From an uncultured Clostridia bacterium (GTDB lineage: Bacteria > Bacillota > Clostridia > TANB77 > CAG-508), in the NCBI GenBank assembly GCA_934167095.1, contig CAKPKE010000006.1, positions 16,481 through 80,480 of the forward strand: a stretch of 64,000 nucleotides of DNA, given 5' to 3'. Under the pieces are notes generated by a model. That model had not been told where the DNA came from. It did not search any database and worked only from the letters and a program-made list of their open reading frames with translations. This document shows, piece after piece, positions 1 to 9,200 of the stretch. Position numbers and translations under genes: made by a program. Position 1 is the stretch's first letter; the number at the start of each line of letters is the position of its first letter.

Positions 1-255
1 GTATTAAAAATGACAAAAGCAGAGGAAACTACAAAAAGTGGAATAATTCTTACTGAAAGTAGCAAGGAAAAACCACAAATTGCAGAAGTTGTTGCAGTAG
101 GTCCTGGCGGAAATGTTGAAGGAAAAGAAATAGAAATGCATGTAAAAGTTGGAGATAAAGTCGTAGTAAGTAAATATGCTGGAACTGAAATAAAATATGA
201 AGGCGAAGAATATATCATCGTAAAACAAAGTGATATATTAGCAATAGCAGAGTAA
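1..255 (+). CDS. groES: co-chaperonin GroES; 5' end lies upstream of the window
   Basis: Frame is open from nt 1 (VLK-MTKAEETTKSGIILTESSKEKPQIAEVVAVGPGG...YAGTEIKYEGEEYIIVKQSDILA). Typical GroES sequence directly upstream of groEL. Confidence 0.92.
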   Translation, partial: VLKMTKAEETTKSGIILTESSKEKPQIAEVVAVGPGGNVEGKEIEMHVKVGDKVVVSKYAGTEIKYEGEEYIIVKQSDILAIAE

Positions 256-288
256 AATTTGTACGTTAAAAGCCAGTTTAGGAGGTAG

Positions 289-1926
<1,638 letters not shown>

Positions 1927-1945
1927 TAAAATAATGAATAAAAAT

Positions 1946-1980
1946 GTCTGCTAGGTTTTATTACTTAGCAGGCTTTTATT
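1946..1980 (+). terminator. rho-independent terminator after groEL
   Basis: gtctgctagg / cttagcaggc stem (10 bp including two G-U pairs) followed by a ttttatt run. Confidence 0.6.
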
Positions 1981-2150
1981 ATAAGAAAAGAATGCTATAG
2001 TAAATTGAAATAAAGAACATTTAGGGTATTTGGCTAAGTGAAAAGATAGAGCTAGTTTTTTCTTTGTTAAATCTCAAAAAACTCTTGCCAAAAGCAAAAT
2101 ATGTGATAAAATATCAATATAGAAAATTTGTTTGTGAAAGGATATAACAG

Positions 2151-2747
2151 ATGATAGCATATTTAAGAGGAATACTAAGCTTTAAAGCAGAAGAATATAT
2201 AATAATAGATTTAAATGGTGTAGGCTATAAAGTATTTATGTCAAAATCAGCAATAGATAGTTTGCCAGATAATAATAATGAAATAAAAGTATTTACATAT
2301 ATGAGAGTAAAAGAAGATGATGTAAGTTTATTTGGATTTAATTCAAATGAAGAATTACATACATTTGAACTTTTAATATCAGTAGGTGGAATTGGTGCAA
2401 AATCAGCCATTGCAATTTTATCTAATATAACTCCATCAAAGTTTGCACTAGCAGTAATTACAAATGATGTTGGAACTTTGAAAAAATTGCAAGGAATTGG
2501 ACCAAAAACAGCACAAAGAATTATTCTAGAATTAAAAGATAAAATAAAAACAGAAGAAGCAATAACACTTCCGTCAGATGATGAAATTGAAGAAAAAATA
2601 ACAAACGAAGAAAATCAAGAAGAGCTAATTCAAGCACTTCAAGTTTTAGGCTACAGAAGATTTGAAATAAATGCAGTTCTTCCTAAGCTAAAACAAACAG
2701 AATTAGAAGAAAGAATAAAAGAAGCATTACAATATTTATCAAAATAA
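2151..2747 (+). CDS. ruvA: Holliday junction branch-migration protein RuvA
   Basis: 198 aa with an N-terminal OB region (MIAYLRGIL..) and two helix-hairpin-helix motifs (GIGAKSAIAILS, GIGPKTAQRIILELKDK). Confidence 0.9.
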   Translation: MIAYLRGILSFKAEEYIIIDLNGVGYKVFMSKSAIDSLPDNNNEIKVFTYMRVKEDDVSLFGFNSNEELHTFELLISVGGIGAKSAIAILSNITPSKFALAVITNDVGTLKKLQGIGPKTAQRIILELKDKIKTEEAITLPSDDEIEEKITNEENQEELIQALQVLGYRRFEINAVLPKLKQTELEERIKEALQYLSK

Positions 2748-2768
2748 TATCACAAGGAGCAAAGAAAA

Positions 2769-4019
2769 ATGAATCCAAATGAGCCATTGGCATATAGAAT
2801 GAGCCCTAAAACATTAGATGAATATGTTGGACAAGAGCATATACTTGGAAAAGATAAAATTTTATATAGAACAATAAAAGCAGATAGACTTTCTTCAATA
2901 ATATTATGGGGCCCTCCAGGTTGCGGGAAAACTTCTCTTGCAAGAGTTATAAGCAATACAACAAAATACAAGTTTACTAAATTAAATGCTGTAACAGCAG
3001 GCGTTGCAGATATAAAACAAGCTATTGAAGAGGCTAAAAATCCATTTTTAAATCCATCAGGAAAATGTATATTGTTTATAGACGAAATTCATAGATTTAA
3101 TAAATTACAACAAGATGCATTACTGCCTTATGTTGAAAATGGCACAGTAATATTAATTGGAGCTACTACTGAAAATCCATATTTTGAAGTAAATAAGGCT
3201 TTAATTTCCAGGTCAATGGTATTTAGACTATTACCACTTACAGAAGAGAACATTTATCAAGTGTTAAAAAGAGCAATTACAAGTAAAGACGGTCTTGGAG
3301 ATTATAACATAAAAATAGAAGATGAAACACTTCGCAAAATTGCAGATACAGCTAATGGTGATGTAAGGACAGCACTAAACGGTTTAGAGGTTGCAGTTCT
3401 TACAACCAAAATTGGTGAGGATGGATATATAACAATTACAAATGAAATTGCAAAAGATAGTGTTCAAAACAGAAAAGCTATTTTTGACAAAAAGGGAGAT
3501 AGCCATTATGACAATATAAGTGCATTTATAAAATCCATGAGAGGGTCAGATGCTGATGCTACTGTATTTTATTTAGCAAGGGCTTTAAATGGTGGTGAAG
3601 ACCCAATGTTTTTAGCAAGAAGAATTGTGATTTCTGCTGCTGAAGATGTTGGAATGGCAAATCCACAAGCCTTAGTCATTGCAACTTCTGCAATGGAAGC
3701 TGTGCACATGGTTGGAATGCCTGAAGCAAGAATAATTTTATCAGAAGCGGCAGTGTATGTAGCAAGTTCTAAAAAGTCAAATGCAAGTTATTTAGCAATA
3801 AATAAAGCGTTGGAAGATGTTGCAAACAATGACACAGGAGAAATTCCTATGCATATTAGAAATGCACCAGCAGAAGGAATGGAGAAAGAAGGATATCATG
3901 TAGGGTATAAATATCCACATGATTATCCAGGACACTATGTAGAGCAACAATATTTACCAGATAAAATGCTTGGAACGAAATATTATATTAAAGATGAAAA
4001 CGTAAAAGAAATTGATTAA
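2769..4019 (+). CDS. rarA: replication-associated recombination protein A (RarA/MgsA AAA+ ATPase)
   Basis: 416 aa: PLAYRMSPKTLDEYVGQEHILG, Walker A GPPGCGKTSLA, FIDEIHRFNK, and a MgsA-type C-terminal domain. Confidence 0.9.
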   Translation: MNPNEPLAYRMSPKTLDEYVGQEHILGKDKILYRTIKADRLSSIILWGPPGCGKTSLARVISNTTKYKFTKLNAVTAGVADIKQAIEEAKNPFLNPSGKCILFIDEIHRFNKLQQDALLPYVENGTVILIGATTENPYFEVNKALISRSMVFRLLPLTEENIYQVLKRAITSKDGLGDYNIKIEDETLRKIADTANGDVRTALNGLEVAVLTTKIGEDGYITITNEIAKDSVQNRKAIFDKKGDSHYDNISAFIKSMRGSDADATVFYLARALNGGEDPMFLARRIVISAAEDVGMANPQALVIATSAMEAVHMVGMPEARIILSEAAVYVASSKKSNASYLAINKALEDVANNDTGEIPMHIRNAPAEGMEKEGYHVGYKYPHDYPGHYVEQQYLPDKMLGTKYYIKDENVKEID

Positions 4020-4037
4020 AAATGAAGGAGAAAATTA

Positions 4038-5022
4038 TTGGAACTACCAATAGAATTAAAAGAAAAAATCGAACAAGAATTATCAAATATTTCTATTAAA
4101 GACTTACAAAAATCATCAAAAGAAATTAGTGGGAAATATAGAGATAAAACAGAAAATAAAGTAAATAATAGACTAATTACAAGCAAAATTGATAGCATAG
4201 CATACAGTGCAAGCAGAATGCCTGCAACATATTCAGCTGTTTATAATGTTTTGCAACATGTAAAAGAAATATTAATTAATAATAATGAAGAAAACTTAAA
4301 ATCTCTTTTAGATGTTGGAGCTGGTACTGGAAGCGGAAGTTGGGCAGCAAGTAGTATTTTTAATCTAGAAGAAGTAACATGCATTGAAAATGAAGAATAT
4401 ATGAAGCAAGTTCGGAAAAGAATTCATGCAAAATGCCGAATCAAAAACCTTAAAAGAAGCAGAGTGGCTAACTAAAAATATTATTAATGATGAAATAAAT
4501 CAAAAAGCAGATTTAGTATTATGCGATTATGTATTAAATGAAATAAGCTTTGAAAAAAGAGAAAAAGTGTTAGAAAAATTATACAATAGTACTAATAAAA
4601 TTCTTGTTATAATTGAGCCGGGAACGCCTGAAGAATTTGATGAAATAAAAAGTATTAGAGATTATTTTATAAAGAAAAAAGCAAATATTATAGCTCCATG
4701 TACACATTTGCAAAAATGTAATGTAAAAGATGGAGACTGGTGTGCTTTTTCAGTAAGAGTTGCAAGAACTAAAATACATAAAATTTTAAAAGATGGAAGT
4801 GCTCCGTATGAAGATGAAAAGTTTTCATATATAGTAATTTCAAAAAATAAAATGAATATTCCAACAAACAGAATTCTAAGACATCCTAAAATTGAATCTG
4901 GAAAAATAACATTAAAAGTTTGTGATGCAGAAGAAAACAAAGAAATAATTATAACCAAAAAGAATAAAGAACAATTTAAGAAAGCAAAAAAATTAAATTG
5001 CGGAGACTGTTTTGAAATATGA
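4038..5022 (+). pseudogene. Rsm22-family SAM-dependent methyltransferase split into two overlapping ORFs. The frame changes by +1 at in-frame CGG 4413-4415, which may be recoding rather than decay.
   Basis: ORFs 4038-4475 and 4426-5022 together resemble one Rsm22-like protein (RMPATYSAVYNVL..LLDVGAGTGSGSWAA). Skipping C4413 gives ..YMKQV-GKEFMQNAESKTLKEAEW.. Confidence 0.75.
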
Positions 5023-5152
5023 GAATATAATTATATGCATCAAAATTATATTTGTACTAGTAGTAATAATCACTTCAAAATAAAATATTAAATCAACTAT
5101 AATTATAAAAAAGAACGAGAGTGAGGAAAAACAATGAAAAAACACGAAAGCC

Positions 5153-6322
5153 TTGAGGCTGTATATATATACACACACAAATACTTTAAATAACAAAAAA
5201 GGAATAACATTAGTTGCATTAGTAGTAACGATTGTTGTTGTACTAATATTGGCAGGAGTCTCTGTTAATTTGTTATTAGGTCAAAATGGATTAATAAAAC
5301 AAGCTCAAGAGGCAAAGAAAAAAACACATGAAGAAAGTATAAAAGAGCAAATTGATATGGCTCTAGCAAGTTATAAAATAGAAAATGCAAATAAAGAAAA
5401 TAGTACAGATGATAGTACTGGCAGTGTAGAAAATTTTGAAATAATAGAAGAGAATCCATGCAAAGATATTAAATTTATTGCAAAAGCAGATAACAAAATA
5501 ATTATAATGAAAAATGATGGAACATCTATTATAACAAAGGAAAATCTTGTAAGAAATGGATTTGGAACAAGTGGAAATGATAATTTTCCAGGTGTAAATG
5601 TAAATAATGGAGAATTTACCATATCTGCAGATAAAAGCAAAATGATACTGTGTTCTGATTTTATAGAGGTTGATCCCAATAAAAAATATTTCCAATCAAT
5701 AGTGGCTAAAGTAAATAATATGCAATCAGTCAATTATATAGGTTTAATGTGTTATGATGTAGATAAAAATATTATAGATGATAATGTATGGATGTATACA
5801 AAAGATACATTAACTTACCTAAAAAAAGATTTAAAATATGGAGATACAGAAATATATTTTAATGATATAAGTGGATTTATTAAAGAAAATGTAGCATACC
5901 AAAATAAAGGACTAATATTTTGGAATTATAAAGATTCTACCGGATATCAATATCCAGAATTAACATATTCAAGAAATTCATATTATAGCTTGTTTGAGGA
6001 AGATGGAATTGATATAGAAAACAATAAAATAACCTTAAATAAACCATGGCAATATGATACTATACCAGCAAATACAAAAGTAAGCCAAAGCAATAAAGGT
6101 TCAAATTATAATTATGGACTTGCATCAGATAGAATGTTAACATCTAAGTATAAATGGTATGATAACACTATTTCTGGAATAAATAATACTGGACATTCAA
6201 ATTTTAAAAAATTCAATCCAGGAACTAAATATGTCAAAATAATGATTATAGGAAATTATAGGAATAGTGTTGATAAATGTGAATTAAATTTTAAGGATAT
6301 AATCTTTTCAGAAATTGAATAG
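5153..6322 (+). CDS. pilin-like N-terminus (KKG-ITLVALVVTIVVVLILAGVSV, GQNGLIKQAQEAK) fused to a beta-sandwich/CBM-like domain. The ATG with a good RBS (5134) is out of frame.
   Basis: The N-terminal hydrophobic segment and the following G-x-NG-[LI]-I motif are shared with ORFs 13175, 14221 and 15998. ATG 5134 has a GAGGA RBS but is in another frame, separated by a (TA)5(CA)4 tract. Confidence 0.6.
   Translation: MRLYIYTHTNTLNNKKGITLVALVVTIVVVLILAGVSVNLLLGQNGLIKQAQEAKKKTHEESIKEQIDMALASYKIENANKENSTDDSTGSVENFEIIEENPCKDIKFIAKADNKIIIMKNDGTSIITKENLVRNGFGTSGNDNFPGVNVNNGEFTISADKSKMILCSDFIEVDPNKKYFQSIVAKVNNMQSVNYIGLMCYDVDKNIIDDNVWMYTKDTLTYLKKDLKYGDTEIYFNDISGFIKENVAYQNKGLIFWNYKDSTGYQYPELTYSRNSYYSLFEEDGIDIENNKITLNKPWQYDTIPANTKVSQSNKGSNYNYGLASDRMLTSKYKWYDNTISGINNTGHSNFKKFNPGTKYVKIMIIGNYRNSVDKCELNFKDIIFSEIE
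5162..5179 (+). repeat. (TA)5(CA)4 dinucleotide tract inside the 5' end of the pilin-like gene
   Basis: Direct reading: g tatatatata cacacaca a. Confidence 0.95.
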
Positions 6323-6388
6323 AGAGTGTAATAGATATAATAAAAGAAGGCTTTTTAATCAAGCCTTCTTATGTATTTGTAAGTATTT

Positions 6389-7300
6389 TTATTTGCTTTC
6401 TTTTTCGTCTTTCATAATTTCTTTAACAGCACCAAGTCCTGCTAAAGCATTAGTAGCTTCAAAAGGTATAAATACTTTGTTTGCTTCGCCATTTGCGATG
6501 TCTTGTAATGCTTCTAATGATTTTAATTGAACTAATGTGTCGTTTGGTTTTGCTTTCATCATAGCTTCATAAACAAGTTTTACTTCGTCAGCTTTTGCTT
6601 CTGCAACTTTCTTTATAGCTTCAGCTTCACCATCAGCTTTTCTAATTCTTGCTTCTCTTTCGGCATCAGCTTCTAAGATTGCAGCTTCTTTTTTACCTTG
6701 TGCCAAAGTAATAGCAGCTTGTCTTTCACCTTCAGCTTGTAAAATTTGAGCTCTTTTATTTCTTTCTGCGTTCATTTGCTTTTCCATTGCATCTCTAATG
6801 TCAGCAGGTGGAGTGATATCTTTTATTTCAACTCTATCAATTTTGCAACCCCATTGGTCTGTAGCTTCGTCTAAGATTGCTCTTAATTGTTCATTGATTA
6901 AATCTCTAGAACTGAATGTTGCATCTAAGTCCATTTTACCAACTATATCACGAATTGTAGTAATTGCTAGGTATTCAATACCTTTCTTTAAGCTTTGAAT
7001 TTCGTATACAGCTTTTGCTGGATCTGTAACTTTGTAGAATACAACTGTATCTATTGTGATTGTAACATTATCTTTAGTGATAACTCCTTGAGGTGGAACA
7101 TCCATTGTTTGTTGCTTTAAACTAACAACGCTTCTAACTCTGTCAACAAAAGGAATTATAATTGTAAGACCTGCATCTGCTATTTTATGAAATTTACCTA
7201 ATCTTTCAATAATATAAACTTCAGATTGTCTTACTACTTTGATTGATTTGATTGCAATAACTAAAATTATAACAAGTATTGCGGCTAAAAAGTATACCAT
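6389..7300 (-). CDS. SPFH/band-7 (stomatin/QmcA-like) membrane protein
   Basis: 303 aa: N-terminal TM, VVRQSEVYIIERLGKFHK.., a PPQGVITKDNV core, and an Ala/Glu-rich coiled-coil tail. Paired with NfeD upstream. Confidence 0.9.
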   Translation of the reverse strand: MVYFLAAILVIILVIAIKSIKVVRQSEVYIIERLGKFHKIADAGLTIIIPFVDRVRSVVSLKQQTMDVPPQGVITKDNVTITIDTVVFYKVTDPAKAVYEIQSLKKGIEYLAITTIRDIVGKMDLDATFSSRDLINEQLRAILDEATDQWGCKIDRVEIKDITPPADIRDAMEKQMNAERNKRAQILQAEGERQAAITLAQGKKEAAILEADAEREARIRKADGEAEAIKKVAEAKADEVKLVYEAMMKAKPNDTLVQLKSLEALQDIANGEANKVFIPFEATNALAGLGAVKEIMKDEKESK

Positions 7301-7349
7301 AACTTTATCCTCCTTTATTTTGTGGTATATATATGTAAATACTAAAAAC

Positions 7350-7772
7350 TTATTTAATAGGAGTAACTATTAATTTAACTCCATCAATTTTTTCAATTTT
7401 GACAGATGAACCTTCTGGAATATCTTCGGAAGAAACTGCTGTCCAAATATCAGAGTTTACTTTTACCTGACCGTACTTGTCTTTTGTGATTGTTTTTGTT
7501 ACAATGCCATCTTTGCCAATAATGCTATTTACATTTGTAACTATATTATCGTTTTTTGTAATTTTTTTTGCAAAAGGTCTAGTTAAAAGAATTAATATAG
7601 CAGACAATATAACAAATATTGCAAACTGGGCAATAATGTTTGGAATAAATAAACTTAAAACGCATGTTATTAAAGCGGCAACTGCAAGCCAGAAAATTAA
7701 AAATCCAACTGTTGCAATTTCTATGATAAAACATACACCTGCAATAATTAACCAAATTTGCCAAAATGCCAT
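7350..7772 (-). CDS. NfeD-family membrane protein (partner of the SPFH protein)
   Basis: 140 aa with three N-terminal TM helices and a C-terminal OB-like NfeD domain (GKDGIVTKTITKDKYGQVKVNSDIWTAVS..). Located upstream of the SPFH gene in the same orientation. Confidence 0.85.
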   Translation of the reverse strand: MAFWQIWLIIAGVCFIIEIATVGFLIFWLAVAALITCVLSLFIPNIIAQFAIFVILSAILILLTRPFAKKITKNDNIVTNVNSIIGKDGIVTKTITKDKYGQVKVNSDIWTAVSSEDIPEGSSVKIEKIDGVKLIVTPIK

Positions 7773-7973
7773 ATAATTTTTACGCTATGTTAGCTAAAAA
7801 CTAACACCCTTTCTAAAAAAACATACAACTATATTATAACATAAAAATAAGCCAAAATAAAGGCCTTTTGGCAAATAGTATAACAAAAAATATAGTGTGA
7901 AGTGAAAAAGTAAATGAAAGTATTAATAGTGTGCTTTGAAATGAGAACTACTCTGCATAGTAAGCTAAAGCAA

Positions 7974-8002
7974 TTGACAATAGAGAGAAAGGCTAGTATA
8001 AT
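7974..8002 (+). promoter_or_regulatory. consensus sigma-A-type promoter
   Basis: TTGACA (7974-7979), a 17-nt spacer, then TATAAT (7997-8002), upstream of ORF 8068. Confidence 0.6.
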
Positions 8003-8067
8003 ATAGCAAACAAAGTGTTTTTGTTAAAAATGCTATTGTAATTCAACAAATTAAGGAGAGATTTAGT

Positions 8068-8532
8068 ATGATTAGTAAGGATGAAGTAATCCGGAATTGC
8101 GTTGGAGGCGTAATGTGCATTATTATTGTTATTTTGTTTAGCTTTTCTGCAGGTTTTTGGAGAACAGAAGTAGATGAAAACTCCGAGTATAATGCCAATG
8201 TTACAATTCTAGATAGCGAGACTTTAAAAATAGAGTCTCCAATAGATGCAAAGGCGGAAATTGAAGTTATTATGATTGATGACGGTGTTATATCTTATGT
8301 GAAGAAAGAAATGGATGTAAAACGAAATGAAGAAATAGAGGTGAAAGCATCCGACTTCGAAACGAGTAAATACAAGCCAACTGATGAAGCTAGATTTAAT
8401 GAAGTAATTAGCGTTAAGACGATTGTAAAGGATAAAGAAGATATACTTAGAAACTTAATTTTAACTGTGATTTGTTGTGCAGTCTTTGTAGTTTTATTTA
8501 TCTTAAACATCATTGTTGCAAAATATTTTTGA
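8068..8532 (+). CDS. hypothetical membrane-anchored protein (TM at both ends)
   Basis: ORF with an AAGGAGAG RBS. There is no recognisable domain. It contains an in-frame CGG at 8092-8094, and an alternative start is ATG 8113. Confidence 0.5.
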   Translation: MISKDEVIRNCVGGVMCIIIVILFSFSAGFWRTEVDENSEYNANVTILDSETLKIESPIDAKAEIEVIMIDDGVISYVKKEMDVKRNEEIEVKASDFETSKYKPTDEARFNEVISVKTIVKDKEDILRNLILTVICCAVFVVLFILNIIVAKYF

Positions 8533-8626
8533 CCAAAATCATATTAAGTAAATTTGAGCAAAAGGTGGCAACCATGCTTGTAACGGAAACTGCCTGATGC
8601 TAAAACTCTAATTAAGTAAGCGTTTT

Positions 8627-8660
8627 AGTCGCTGGCTACAGAATGTGGCCAGCGACTTTT
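8627..8660 (+). terminator. GC-rich hairpin with a T-run between convergent genes
   Basis: agtcgctggc (8627-8636) pairs with gccagcgact (8648-8657), followed by tttt. Confidence 0.55.
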
Positions 8661-8662
8661 AT

Positions 8663-9100
8663 CTATAAAAAAGTTTTCATTTTTTCAATATTATTTTGTT
8701 GCATTGTCATAAAGTCATTTAAAATATTTTTTACAGTTTTATCAGCTTTAGGATTATGATTTATTAGTTTTTGACATTCAATAATTCCCATATCTCCGCC
8801 TTGTATCATAATTTCGGCAATATGAGAATTGCTTCTGTCTGTAATAGTATTTAGTTGAGTTCCAGTCCAACCCATCATTTTTGTAGTAATTGGTTGCTCG
8901 TCTGGAATTTCACCATATTTATCAAATTCTGTGCTTACTCTATCTACAACCTTTCCGTATTCGGAATATTGAAAAGTTAAATTTTCACGCATTTCTTCGT
9001 TACCAACTTTTTTTAATAAGTAAGAAATTGAATCCATACCAGTTTTTGCAGCCTTGTTTATCTCATTTAAAATTGTTAAATTAATATTTTCGTCTTTCAT
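8663..9100 (-). CDS. hypothetical all-helical (four-helix-bundle-like) protein
   Basis: I moved the start to ATG 9100 (MKDENINL..) because GGAGG lies 7 nt upstream. No confident family assignment. Confidence 0.55.
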   Translation of the reverse strand: MKDENINLTILNEINKAAKTGMDSISYLLKKVGNEEMRENLTFQYSEYGKVVDRVSTEFDKYGEIPDEQPITTKMMGWTGTQLNTITDRSNSHIAEIMIQGGDMGIIECQKLINHNPKADKTVKNILNDFMTMQQNNIEKMKTFL

Positions 9101-9200
9101 AGAAAATCCTCCTTTGTAATAGTATGGCAAGATTTTTAAAAATTATTGATAATATAAAAAAAATAATATATACTTTAGAAAAAATAGGAAGGAAATCGTT

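Noticed and set aside
2151-4019. ruvA is followed by rarA instead of ruvB. I wondered whether RarA substitutes for RuvB.
   Set aside because: Gene order alone is weak evidence. ruvB is often unlinked in Firmicutes and may lie outside the window.
6315-6530. Plus-strand ORF overlapping the 3' end of the SPFH gene.
   Set aside because: It is antisense to a well-supported gene, has no RBS, and gives a low-complexity product.
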